A stretch of DNA of 63,756 nucleotides, filler included, from Trichosphaerium sp. ATCC 40318 (Eukaryota; Protista; Tubulinea), in the NCBI GenBank assembly GCA_038496445.1. It is 3 parts of 3 records of this genome, joined end to end, with 100 filler letters (N's around TTAATTAATTAA, not from the genome) between each part and the next. Parts side by side here need not be neighbours in the genome. Positions count along the whole stretch, not along the records: positions 45,327 to 63,756 come from JALMLS010000549.1; 2 more parts are not named here. The stretch is one strand, 5' to 3'. A program made the translations under genes and the position numbers. Positions 48,301 through 61,651 of this stretch are shown here, piece by piece. Under the pieces are notes generated by a model. It saw only the letters and a list, made by a program, of their open reading frames with translations. It was not told where the DNA came from and did not search any database. Position 1 is the first letter of the stretch. The number at the start of each line of letters is the position of its first letter.

Positions 48301-51300
48301 GCCAAATATAATGTCTTGTATTAATCAGGTTAAAATAGAACTAAGGAACAAAATTCAGGAGTTGACTGTATGACATGGTGTTTTTTTTATCCCTAAGTTG
48401 TCTTAACTTATTGTATTCACTTTATTTCTTAGTATATCATCCCTTGTTTACTACCTATTGATCCAGATGAATCCAAGTTAGAGGTAAGTAAAGACTAAGC
48501 ATCCTTAGAAAATATGCTAATGGGCATGAAAATTAGTTGGTATTCTCTAAAAAGCTACCTGATAGATTTTGCTCTATTGTTCGAAGGTACTGTTAAACAA
48601 ATTATTTGCTTTTTTGGTAATGACTGTTTAGGTATAAATTTATGTTCATGCCTATCGGATTTTCTGCTTCAGTTGTTGTAAGGGCGTACCACTTGCCACA
48701 TTTCAATATTGTACGTATTAGATAAGTTAATCTTTTTTTTGGATTTCTTCTTGTGAATTCAAATGATGTGAACTAAAACTGGTTATAGCAACTTTGTTGG
48801 CAAAATGGTGTTATAATGAAGCGTGGAAATAGAAATCCAATCTTGTTAGGATTATTCTACAATCCACATCTTCGCACTTTAGATGTTAATGTCAGATATA
48901 TAAAATTACACAAAGGATCCGTTTCTAAGGCGAGACACCTTCTCAAATCAGTCGTACGTGTAATCTGCTGGCATTCAACACGACAAAACAATTATGCAAA
49001 CATGCTTTTACTTATGTTCTTAATATAGCTTGAGATGATAAACAATTTGATTGAAGGTGTTTACAGTAACAACTCCGCTGAGAAGTTTGCTCTTTGTACA
49101 AAATGTGCAGCAAAAGGTCTTGATGATCATCCTATTGAAACTAGTGCATTAGAAATGCTTATAATGAAGAGGGAGAAGCAAGCATTATGTTCTATTCTAA
49201 ATGTGGAAATTAAGTACGGAAGATTCCAGATGGTTGAAAATCACGTTTTCTGTTCTTTTTCTCGTATACTTATCGTTTTGTAGTTTGATTGATTTATGTC
49301 CGGATCTATTACTTGCAGCAAATAATATGATTGAAACATCTACACTTATAATTGGAGAGGAAATTGGAGAAGGTAAAGTTGTTGTTTAGAAGTCTTTGGA
49401 GTATAAGTTAATCGTTTATTTTAAGGCGCTTTCAGTAAAGTATTCAAGGGAACCTATGAGGGTAAAGATGTTGCTATAAAGAGACTTCGTACAGGATCAG
49501 GTATGTCATTAAAAGGGTATACTATCAATACTTCAACAATTCTTCTAGTTTTGTTTTCTCACATTTTTTGTTCAGGTAATCAAGAGGAGCTTGTTCAAAA
49601 ATGGCAGGAGATTCAACAAGAAGCTTTTATAATGGCTGAATTTAATCATCCAAATATTGTTCAGTTTTTTGGTGTTACACTTCAGCCGCCTCAGCTTGTA
49701 CTCGAGTTGTTAAATGTGCGTAACAACGTTTCCTTTTTTTTTTTTGAAAACAGAAAAACCCTCAAACACTCGCTAACTTGTACAAAGGCTGGTGATTTGT
49801 TTGAATTACTACACGACAAGAGTTTCGCGAACAAGGATTTCGCTTGGATTACGAGATTACAGCTTGGTATAGATATTGGTAAAGGTCTTGAACACATGCA
49901 TAAACTTGTACCTCCTATAATGCATCGCGATTTAAGGAGTCCTAATGTACGTTCTTACAAAAAGCTTATTCGAAAGTTTGGTTCTCGGTTCTGTTTACAA
50001 TACTAATGATTATACGTAGATATTTGTACGTAACTCTTGTGATAGAAAAGTAGCTTCATAGCACATAGCTTGTGGAGAACTAGTGATACCATTTTATCCT
50101 GTTTTTTTCTTATTACCTGTCTAACCTTTATTTAGCTCCATCGTGAAGGCGATAAGTTAATAGCGAAGGTGGCAGACTTTGGTCTCAGCCAACGTGTATC
50201 TTATCGAGCCAGTGGTATCTTAACAACATGGCAATGGATGGCACCAGAAACCTTCGATTCTGCACAGAGTAAAAACTATACGGAACTAGCAGATGTGTAC
50301 AGTTATGGCATCATCCTTTGGGTGCGTGATTACGCTTCTCATTTTTTCTACGCTTTCATATATTTTGGAATGTTTTTGCACTAACGGTTACTTAGGAGCT
50401 TTGTTCACGTGAGTATCCATTTGATGAATACCAGATTTATAAAAATGACTCAAGAGGGAATCAAAGCAAGCACATAAATCTCGGAAATTATAAAATATCT
50501 AATAATTTTTTACTCTAGTCGCTGTTGGAGATAAATACGCTATGCAAGAACGTATATCCAAAGAGGTATGTACTTTTTTTTTCTTTTTTTTTGAATTGGC
50601 TTACTAAGTTTATGTGTAGGATTTGAGACCTACTATTCCGCCCAATACACCTAAACAAGTGGAAAAAGTCATAAATGGGCTTTGGAAGAGGAAACCAAGC
50701 GATAGGTATCTCTTTGCTTCAACAACTTTTTAAGTTTTTCTTGTTTTTTTCTAGTTTTGATTAGTATGATTTTCCTTATTTGTATTTATGTAGGTGGCCT
50801 TTGGGTATTGCTATAAAGACTTTAGATAATGAATTGAATAAAGTAAAGCAAAGTATGACAGTACCAGATGATAAGATAACGCGTAAATCATCTATCTCTA
50901 CAGTACGGTTTCTTTGTTTATTTTTTTGCTACTTTTAGATTTGAAAGTCTTTTAATGTGCTCTCTAGGACAAGCGAAGTCTGAAAGCTTTTGCCATTGAG
51001 CGTAAAGAACTAATAATTGAATTGGAACGCCAAAAGTGGAGCTGTAATCGTGCTATGGCTTGTAGATTGTACGTCTTATTTTTTTTTTTTCTTCATTCTG
51101 ATAAATTTTAGCGTTCTTGATTATATTTCGTCTCACAAAGATCCACTTCGTGATCCTTATAGTACAATACCTAATGTAAAATCGAGAAAGTTCAGGAGTA
51201 ATCCTTATCACCGTAAGAATTAAGGAGACTTTGCTCTTTATTGACCCTTTTGTTTTTTATTCCAGATGTATTTGTTCGAAGACAATCAGTTACTGAAGAA

Positions 51301-52359
51301 GCTAATATCTTGCTCGAAACTACTCAACAACATCGTACAACATCACTAGCAAAGAGAGAAATCCTTATTGTGCTACTTGGTTCGTTTCATACTCGATAAG
51401 GTGGTTACTAACTGTGAGTTTCTTAGCTGCTTGGCAACTTGACTTAGCTCAGTTGGATATCTTTTCATTGCCATACAAAATGAGGTTTGTTTTTTGTGAT
51501 TGAATTTTGTTGACTTTGTGTTGTTGGCGTTATTCTTACATGGTTTTGTTCTTAGATTCTTCAACTATACTGGACAACGTAGTATTGGTGCTAAGGCATT
51601 GTTGACAAGATTCGATGACTTTACGGAGTTAGGTTGTCTGTACTATATTGACCTTGCTGAGTATCCTTTTTTTTTTGTTATTTTTTATTTTATTTTTGGA
51701 TTGCGGTTTCAAGGTTGCTCTTGATCCGGCATGTCTTTTCTTTCTTGATTTTCTTCTTAACTAGCATTGACAAATAAAAGACCCTTTTCACTTATCAAGC
51801 TGCTTTGAACAGTATCAGTCAATCATGCGAAACTTCCGACAAGGTAATTTTTCTTGATAACAAAGATTTTTTTTGACTTTCTGATGTTTAGGTGTTCTTA
51901 TTATTCTGTTTGTTAACTTTGATGCTTTCTCTAAATCTTACAAAACCGGTGATTTGGATAAATTTATTCTAACACTACGTACGTATCCGTGACTGCTTAC
52001 AAGTCATAAAAGTTTGCTATGTTTTTTTTTTCATAACTAATATTCTTTTTCAGCAACGAATTACCTCGATGGTGCTGGTGAGCATAATCTAAATCCACTA
52101 AATGCCAATGATGCTATAAATACTATACGCACAGTTTTTAGTAACTCATTTAGAAAAAACGGCACGTGTCACGTGAAAAATTGTTTAAAAGTTTTTTTAA
52201 ACTGCAAAAAAGTGCAAGCTTTTTTTGGATTGAGTTTACTAAGTTGGTTGTTTAGGTCGGTGGAGAACGACTATATTCCATGTCCAAGACCATGTAGATA
52301 TTAATGATGGCATGCGTTTCTATACAAAGACGTACAGAGAAGAGTTTGCTTTTGCTTAA
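45360..52359 (+). CDS. ROCO-family kinase (ankyrin-LRR-ROC-COR-TKL kinase) with C-terminal G-alpha-like domain
   Basis: Ankyrin GNTPLHLAC; LRRs; ROC KLLFVGKEGVGKTT, STDGID, DFGGQEVFYPTHRLFLT, VGTHMD; COR WLADVMKSLV, YIIPCLLP, MPIGF; kinase GEGAFSKV, HRDLRSPN, ADFGLS, WQWMAPE. Start approximate and may be cut by the contig edge. Confidence 0.92.
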
Positions 52360-52565
52360 AAAGACTTTGTAGAGGTTGATAAAGTGCTAGTAAGTAGTAC
52401 AAAATAAAAATTGTGTAAATTACTTTATCTCTGTTATCGCCTTCACTTTATTTCATTTTGGGCTACTTAACTTTACATGTTCACATGTTTAGTTTACTAT
52501 GGTAGCGAGGATCAAATACTTGATGCACAAGAGTCGTTATTTAGGATTGTTGTTCTTTGCGTACA

Positions 52566-53552
52566 CTAAAATATTCGTTGATATAATTCACGTGTTTTGT
52601 CTTTGTCCATATGATCGAGCCACACTACTTCAAGTGTCTTTGCATTATGTGACTAGAGGACAATAAGTAGTGTAGCTGTTTCAAAAGTTGTTCTGGTTTG
52701 ATGTCTTGTCTTACCTCGACGTGTAAGTTGTGGTGTTTTAAAATTGATACAATGGCTTCTCTTATATCATCTTGTTTCCAAACTTCAACATTAGCTCCAT
52801 ACACTTGTAGAATATCTGGGAACGTATTGAGACTTCCTTTTCCGTCTGACGCCTACACAATTCTGATAAGTAAAAAAGAGAAAGAATAGTGTTTTCTCCG
52901 GCACTTGATACTGTACAGAATCTTACCGCTTGTGAGCATTGTTTTAGTATGTATTCTACAACTGTGTTCATCCTGGGAAGTAAATTCTGATACGTAAGAT
53001 ACTTCAGCTTCAATCCTGTTTGAGTATTGTTAGTGAAGTGATGCGATAAGTTGGGCGTTGATTCTCTTATGTTGTATTACCGTAGTCCTTCCAATTAGCT
53101 TTTGAAATATCGTAGTCAATACAATAAAACTCAAGGGCTATCATCAAGTCAAACACTGTATCCATCGTAAACCGTCGTGGGATTATAATACATCCAGAAG
53201 TGTAAAACGAAATAACGTATTTGAAGAAATCTGGATATCTGAAAAAAACCCTCATGATCAGCCACGTGACTTGTTTAGAATAAACAATAAAAAGCTTACT
53301 GAGTAATGATAATAGCTCCTGAATTATCACTCTTAAAGGTTAGAGAAGATCGTGATGTCGAGACACCGAGTAATCGTCCAAGTAATGTATCAGGATGAGA
53401 AGCAAGCAATTCTTTTCGAAGGATATATCTGGATCGTCTTGAAGTTGTTTTATGGCGCACAACAAATCTTAATACATCTTCCTACATACTGTATTAACCT
53501 TCAAATTAACTCAAGCCATAAAACAAGGTACGGAAGAGGTGTTGTTGGCCAT
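52566..53552 (-). CDS. BTB/POZ (KCTD/T1-type) domain protein
   Basis: RYILRKELLASHPDTLLGRL and RYPDFFKYVISFYTSG....ALEFYCI; multi-exon. Confidence 0.75.
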
Positions 53553-54682
53553 ACGCTGCAATAAATTCAACCATTACTTAACAAATCGTTCAGGCTTAAG
53601 CGCTTTGTTTAAGTTGGTTTACTAACGTATTGTATGTTTCATTCAAGTTTTAGTCTAAAATTTTCTGGAAAGTGTTTTTAGCACTTTGAGCAAAATCTGA
53701 CACTTCTGTCAAATGGTGTAGATCTATCACGATGTGAACTATTTGTGTACAATATTGTCCTTCATTGTATGACTTAGGTACCTTACGGTAAGTGATAGCA
53801 AAATTTTCAATTTAAGTTTCAACATACCATGGAAGATGATCGCAGCATTTTACCTACGTGTAATAGTCACATTTGGTATTGAACCGATGTTGACTTTTGT
53901 CCTATTAAACATCTTTACATACTTATAACCGTTGCACCTTTTCTACTATTATATACGCAAACTGTACACGGTACGATCAAACCACAGAAGTGTTCAAAGC
54001 GCTAAAAGCGAATTAAAAAGGTTGATGTCCTACAAAGCTATCGCATTACTGCCAAACACGGTATGAATGCCTCAAACACTGTTTGCTTTATGTTTGCTTC
54101 AAAAAAATCAACGTACGTGTATAACTTACTAGCGCTACGCTAGCACCTCCCCACGCTAACAAAAGCGCTATGGCAGCATCCAAATAGCAAGGCAGTGTAA
54201 TAACGTTAAAACCTCCAAAACACCGCCAGCGTTGCTGTAGGCTTTGTAAACGCGGCGTCAAATATGTAAATAAAATTTTTTGCTAAGGGTTTGTTAAATC
54301 ACGTGGGTTTGAAACGGTTGGATTCACTCGACAGGCGTGAGGGTGCTCACATTTAAAAAATGACAATTTTTAAGGCAAGTTCCAAGTTTGGTATTCGGTC
54401 CTTTTTTGGAATTGCTTTCCGGAAAACACAGAAACAATATCCGACCCTATGCAGTTAGTCATTAGTTGACCTGTTATCAAGATCCTTGGTTGTTTGTGAC
54501 TTGGTGAAACAACAAAACGTCCAAAAATGTCACTGGAAAAGTCCCACCTCTGGTAGGGCTGTTACTGACAATAACAAAGACTAGTTTTTTTCTTAATTTT
54601 TTCTTTTTTCTGTTGAAAATACTGTACATTGTTGCTAAACTAACTTGGCCTTTGGTCACCAACGCTATTAATATATTAAGTT

Positions 54683-56909
54683 TTAAGCAGCTTCTTCAAG
54701 AGCTACAAAATTAGAAGGGAACAAACCAGCCTTTTGGTTAAGCTCACCTAAAGGAAGAAAAAAAAAGTCAATCAAAGCGGAACTGATGTTAGCGTACCAG
54801 TCCACCAACCGGACTCATCTTGTTCATATATGAGTATACGATCACCTTCTTTAAAAGAAAGTTCTGTTTCATCTGTAGCATCATAATCATATGAAGCAAT
54901 ACAATAAATCTCATCGTACTGTGTTAATGTTAGTAAAAAAACCCCCCACAATTTTACGCCACCCTAGTGTAACATACCTCTTCAAGTTCTTCTGGTTCTT
55001 CTTCTAAATGATGCTTAGTAGGTGAAGGAGGTGCTCGAGAAGGTGAGGGCATATCAGGTTCTGGGTTGACTAATAATTCGTTCGTTTAAAACATACATAC
55101 ATATATACTTAGATATTCTATTTGGTTCGTTTTAAATCGTACCTCCGGCAGGAATTGATAGTGGCGCTACAGGTGGCGCCATTGGTGGTGCCTTTGATGG
55201 TGGTCCAGCTTTATTAGACGCCATAGGATTTGCTGGCGGGTGGTTTGGTGGTGGCGGAATAGAGGAACTCTCTAAAACTATTTGTAAGCCCTAAACAATT
55301 TTTCCTAAGTTAAGCTACATGCCTGATTCTGCCTTAACTGGTGCTGGTGGTGCTGCAGCAGGAGCAGGTTTTGGTTTTGTTTTTTCTGGTGCTGGCCTTA
55401 CAGACGATCTTGTAGATGGTGGTGCTGACCTATTACCCACAAATGGTATAAAGTTTGTAAAAAGACCTTTCTGTTTTCTGATAGAAACACGAACAGGCGC
55501 TTCTGCTACTTGCTAAAGCAAACAATTAATCTTGCGGTTCAACAAACATAATCCATTCGTACATCATCAGGGTCACCATAAGCAACATATTTGGGCATTC
55601 CTGGCATTTCTGTACCAGTTTGATTCGCAGAAATCCAAGTAGTCAAATTGTTATCAGAATCAACACTTAAACAATATTGTAAGACATCGGAGATATTTTG
55701 TTTATACGTACTTGTCCGCACTATCAATAATACTTTGAGTCTCTTTTGGTATCTTTTCTTCATGTTCATTTAGTATCGAAGCTAATTTAGAAGCAAACAT
55801 CGCTGTGGAATCAATACGGGCTTTCTCGATTGTTTGCATTTTCTGTGTTAAATTTAGTATGTGAAATAGAAAACTTTGCATACAGCAAACGCAGCACGTG
55901 TAGTCCTCTCCCATTCTGGTCTAAAATTAACTAATTTATCAACACATCCTTTATACTCATTATCAGAAGACTCCTTCTGTTTGTGTGCCTTAACTTGTAA
56001 TTTCTCCATCTTGACATGTTGTCAATAATTTAATACTACACATAAGTCGTACCTTTGCTAGTTTTGATGATCCCGATGCTTGGGCTTGTTTAAGTTTATT
56101 ATCACTCTCTTCACTGGCTTGACACATTTTATAGTGATGATCTTTAGCCTGTAAACATAAGTATAAACAAAAGGAAGTATAGCTGGAGCGTTTTAGTTTG
56201 TATTTAGATTTTTTTCTAATTTCGTGGATAAACAAAGCCTGTTTTGGAATTTATTGTGGAGACGTTTCTATCAAAAGAAAAAATTAACACTTACCTTCAT
56301 TACTGACGAGTAGTATTTGGTATACTCTTTATTTGCTTTTGATGCTGTAGCAACTACTTCTTTTTTTTCGCTTGCTTGTTGCTTTGAGAATATACCAATC
56401 TCTGAAGCTAGCCCAGTTTTAAGCGATGCAGCCAATGCACTAAAAATCAAACGTTAACCAAAACAATACGGTGTTTTTTACATGTAAAAATGTGCTATTA
56501 GTATTTTTAAGTGTAATACGCTTTAAATAAACCGTTTTATAACGCGCGTACTGGTGGTGTTGTGCTTTTTGATTGGTAACATCAACAAGTGTCTGCATTA
56601 ACGTAGTTAACGTGCTGTGACTGTATTAGAAGTATATTAACGCGTGTTTACGTGCCTGTATCCTTGTTCTAATTGAACTAACTTAGAAGCATGTGATTTA
56701 ACTAGTTTCTCGAGCGCTGATGCGTGTTGCTCCTCTACTTTGGATAAAGAAGATACAAAATTACCAAGTTCATCAAGTGCTTGTTTACTCTCCGCTGCGC
56801 GGTTTAGAAGCACGTCTGCACCCCCGGGACCCTACAGAGCCTTAATGTTATAATTTGTACCCAGATTTAGGTTTAAACGCACCCAAAAATTATCAGCGTA
56901 GTCTGTCAT
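54683..56909 (-). CDS. F-BAR (FCH) + proline-rich + SH3 protein (PSTPIP/Cdc15-like)
   Basis: N-terminal YADNFW.G.G..VL FCH start, coiled coils, PxxP linker, SH3 ASYDYDATDETELSFKEGD..GWW...GLFPSNFV. Confidence 0.92.
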
Positions 56910-57376
56910 GCACGTCGAGGATTTGTAAGCGTTTGAAACTGCTGTATGAGAAACTTAACGTGCTTAAGGCCTGACATTTGAGGGTAAACACTTCAATCTC
57001 TTTAACACTGTACACAAGTTACATCACTCTCAGGTGCGTTTTATTTACCGCCGCTGACGGTTCGTTTGCGCAAACGAACCATTATGCTAGGAGAAACTGA
57101 TAAACGATTGTATTTGATACTGGGGTATGGCGTTGAGTATTCGAAAACTGATCTATACTTACAGAAAACGGTGGAATGATTTTAGTATCATTGAAAGCCA
57201 TTTTTCCTATCAAAAAAGGAACTTCCCTAAATTGAGTATTGAACACTTCCGATCTTCGTTTTAGACAAGTAACAAGTGGTACGTGCGAACGTGGTGTTCA
57301 CAATTCTCATAACAAGCGATCAATAGTGTCACAAAGAACTGTTTTGTATCTCACACTGGTTAAACAGGCGAATTGT

Positions 57377-58700
57377 TTAGTTTAGAGAAAGGAGAAATGC
57401 GATTGTTATTATTTGCAGTCCTATGTGTGCTGTTACGCTCTCAAATAGGTACGTGTCGTCGAATACATGTTCTTTAGTTTCGTATACGAACATTGGAGAG
57501 ATTTTCTCTTTTTTACTGCTGAACTTGCTTTCGTGGTTGTTCGACGCTCGTATATAAGACTTCATTCAACGTCTTCTCTTCTAAGACATTTTGATGAGGT
57601 GTTGCGAATGCTCAAACATACTTCTCAAAGACAGCGTCACCAAAGCCAGGAAAGGTTCTAGGGGGGAGCTTTTCAGGTTCAGTATTTGAAGTAGATCCGA
57701 ATGCCATTGGTACGCAAGTAATGTGAGGAATTGACCCGGATTATTGACAACAAAGATTGTCGACAATCGTATTTTTTGGCTTGTATTTGTTCATCACTGA
57801 GCATTCAGTACATTCTAACAAGCATCAAATATGAAATTCACGTGATAGCATCCATTTTATCAAATATGAGGAATGGAAATTATTTAGGTTATGAGTTACA
57901 CGGACTGAAAAATGGAACATTGTCAAGAATGTCAAAATACCGTCATATGCACGCTTTCATTCAACAATGGTATGTGAGAGGGTACAGAGTTAAAGTAACA
58001 ACGTTTAAAAGTAGTGAACAGCCAAAAAACTTAAGCAACTCATGGAGATATTGCACAATAATTTTGAACGCTCTAATTATAACCGAATATGCCCGACATA
58101 TAGTAGATAATGTACATAAAATTAATTCACGTTTTTGTTTACTGCTAAGGACTTGGCGATGTTTTTCCAAATGGGAACTACATAATAAAATTCTCTCTAG
58201 TGGAGAAACACTCAACTGTTAAGGAAGCGGATGATTCTATACATCGATTGTCAAAGCACGTGTAGACTATGGTTTTGAAGCTTTTAGGAAAGAAACGTTG
58301 CTTGATTGAAAAAATTCTGATTTGTGCAATGCTGCAAAGCTGGTTGACAAGGTCTTTAATACAACTCTCTATAAACCTGAGCTTCACATTATACTTAATA
58401 TCTTTCACAAAGCTATCCCTGTATATTTCCATAAACAAGAAATAAATGACTTGTTTTCAAAAAACAAGCCTAAAAAGAAATCTACGTCAACTAACACAAC
58501 TCATCTTGAAAATTTTAGGTGTGACGTGTTCAACTCTCTTCATCTATGCAAGGTTTATCGTAGAATCAATTGCTCACTGGTATTTCGGATACCACTTGTT
58601 TTTTGTTTCTGTTACATTTTTTTTTCTTTTAATTTATTGAATATTAGAGAGCCGTTCAGCAACATCTTCACAATAGGAACTACAATCATGGATATTATTT
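57377..58700 (-). pseudogene. Chain of short same-strand ORFs, possibly one disrupted gene of unknown function
   Basis: Successive minus-strand ORFs (58438-58178, 58215-57961, 57766-57581, 57565-57377) with no recognisable domain. Confidence 0.3.
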
Positions 58701-59009
58701 ACACCGGCTAATGCAATGCCTTAGTAGTAGCGTTGATCCATTTCTCTATTCTAAAATTGCAGCATTTTTAGTGCTTTAAAAAAAAAACCCACTAGCCATT
58801 GTTAATCCAAAGACCCTGGTAACCCCAAGCAAATTTACCCCAAATGTGTCTCAGGGACGTTTATGCGGCATCTTGTTTCTCACTGCCACTACTGGAATAT
58901 GTAAACCAAATACTTAACTTGTAGAAATGAAAGAGAGTTGAAGCTTGTTAGTGTTTGTTTTGTTAAAGTACCTGAAACGTTTTTTTTTCTTTTATCACAT
59001 GACCATGCA

Positions 59010-59653
59010 GATGTAGGTAGAGTTATATGTCGTGTATTATGCATTGGCAAGTGTTTGACGTAATAGGAGTACTTGAATCTTTTTCACTCCTCTTCCTAAT
59101 TTTGGCTCAATAGTACCAAACTTTAACTCATAAAAATAGTAGACATTTTTACGTTTTATTTATCCTTGAAAATACTTAGAATTCTCTTCTACAATGTGTC
59201 TCTAAAATAACTTCACCCCACAATGCTCTTCTCTCGCATTGATACTTTTTGCTTGTTATAATGTAAATCTTGGTCTTGTAAGTTAACGCTCATCCCTGTC
59301 TACTGATTTTACTAGTCCATAGCTCATGTAGCGGTTATGAGTCTTATGTTAGAATCGCGAAAAACACCAGAAAGCAAGTTAGCTGCACATTTACTGAACG
59401 GAACACAAACTTGCTGTTTTGCACGGCCATTGTGATCTCGTCTGTAGTTTTTGGCGTTTTAAAGCGATCATTGCTCAATTCATTAGAAAAAAAACTTGGT
59501 AAGGTCTGGCTTTCAATCCTACCTGACACTTTGCAACCAAAGTTGGTACTATTGAGCCAAAATTAGGAAGAGGAGTGAAAAAGATTCAAGTACTCCTATT
59601 ACGTCAAAACACTTGCCAATGCATAATACACGACATATAACTCTACCTACATC
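59010..59653. repeat. ~115-bp near-perfect inverted repeat (59010-59124 / 59539-59653) with ~415-bp spacer
   Basis: Arms are reverse complements apart from two single-base indels seen by eye. Confidence 0.92.
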
Positions 59654-61651
59654 GCGGTTAGTATCACGTGCTAAAAAAAACTCTTTACTTTCGCAGTATC
59701 AAGAAACTCTATGTATTCTTATACAGGCGTGTTTCCCATAGCAAGGTTAGAAGTCGTTTTAGCACAAAACTTTTTGCGTTTTAAACTTATTTTCCGGTTA
59801 AGTTCACCCTTAAGTGATCTGCTGACACATATTTCACAAACCATTCCAACGAAACTACCAAACGCCCAACAAAACCCCCCTCCGTAACTATTCCAACAAA
59901 CCTACCCAAACACGCACCAAAAGATGGAACAACAGAGCGTCGTCACAACAGTACTGAACCAAGTGTCACAAGTAGCTCGGGTGGTGTATGTTTATTTTAA
60001 CGCATTTAATTTGATTTTTGAATTCTGGGCGTTAACTTTTCTGTTGTTTGCTTTGCCTAACATAATATTAGAGCCCAAGTGTGCACTCATATCGCGAGAG
60101 CCACTGACCGGTTGGGGGTCTTATGGAGGTTAATTCATACCTCTGGCTTGTACAGGACTGCATGTCAAATACTGCCAAAACTTCAACGCTGTAATTCAGT
60201 GATCCAAAACTTCAACTCTGTAATTCAGTAGCGAAGATGAATATATGTGTCGCAAAGCGACACGTATATTAAACGTATTTCTCATTTTAACCATGGAAAA
60301 TACGTTTGATAAACGTGTCCACAGCGATGTCTACAGCGATACGACGTTTTCACCAATTGTTACGAATTCACTTCAGTGAACCTTGCTGTCCGTGCTACAA
60401 AATCACGTCATCAAGACCCTTCACCGGTGAACCTGCCTGAGCGGGTGAAGATGTGGCTTGTAACTCTAAGTGAGATAAACTTAATAAATATAACTTTAAC
60501 CTTTAACAAGAGTTACAAGGTACCTCTTTACACAATGGAAAATAAGTACCAAATACAAGAGTTGAAAGCCACATTAGTGTTCGTTTTGTTTCAAATAATT
60601 GTCAAAGTTTTTCTTTTTTTTTTCTTTTTTTTATCACGTGTTCTGGAAAAATTAAATCCCATGTACGCATACATATTGTGACACCACGTGTTTTTAAAGA
60701 CATTAGAAAGCAAGGTTTCTAATAGGAACATGCGTGTATTTTGGTGCTAAAAGTGTTCGTATTGAAACTTGACAAACTTCAAACATGTTTGTCAATTAGG
60801 TACTTGGGTCAATTTCGTGTTGTCAAATGTAAATGGCCAACGTGTATTGAAGAAGACTTGACATACCAAGATTATATTGACGCAATGCTATCAGCATCAA
60901 TTTAATAAATATCACGTGCGTTTTTAGTATTTGAATGTCCTGATCTTGAACTTTTAAACGTAGCTTAACATCAACATAAAAAGTGGTTAGATTGTACTGA
61001 CATTGACAATAGGACGCTCTGGAGGCGGAAAGCTCAGTCTTTGGTGGATCTGGTGTAGCCACGTGAGCCTATTTATTCTACATTTAGGCACTTGTGCGAT
61101 TAAAGAAAAAGGAAAAGAAAAAGAAAAATGGCCATGTGATGAAGTTTAGAGTGATGCAATATATTAAATCAACACCCGCTTGATGTGTCGGTGTACACAG
61201 ATTGATCCGTCTCCCTTGAGTGTATTTACAAAACCGAGGTATTTGTTAGGATTACTTTTGTTTTGATTGATTACCATATGCTACAACCTTGCTCTGGTAG
61301 CGTTTATTTAAGCTTCAATTGTTTGACGTCAAGCTCCATACAGGTGTAATGTAGTTTGATTGAATTTGGGAAGGGATGTTTATTATATTATCAGAGGGCA
61401 TTCAAGGCGCAAGGGGTTTTGATTGTTTACAACTCGCCGTTGTTTGATCTACCGTACCTGACTTTCTTTTCGCAGTCTTGTCTAGTTAAACCAAACGCCA
61501 GAAATGTGTCACATATTCATTCAAGTCAAACTTCGGGACTATCTAGCGCAACTATTTCGTAACAAAACTACCCTGTAAAGCCTCACGTGATGATAAAAAG
61601 GAAGGTAACCACAAAAAAGCAAACGTATGTTTAAAATAGGTCTATTTACGC

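Noticed and set aside
60176-60229. Two-copy 29-bp tandem repeat CCAAAACTTCAACNCTGTAATTCAGT
   Set aside because: Simple local duplication with no further structure.
29939-61591. Frequent TCACGTG motifs as budding-yeast CDEI point-centromere elements
   Set aside because: Scattered through exons, introns and intergenic DNA with no CDEII/CDEIII context; enrichment cannot be tested by eye.
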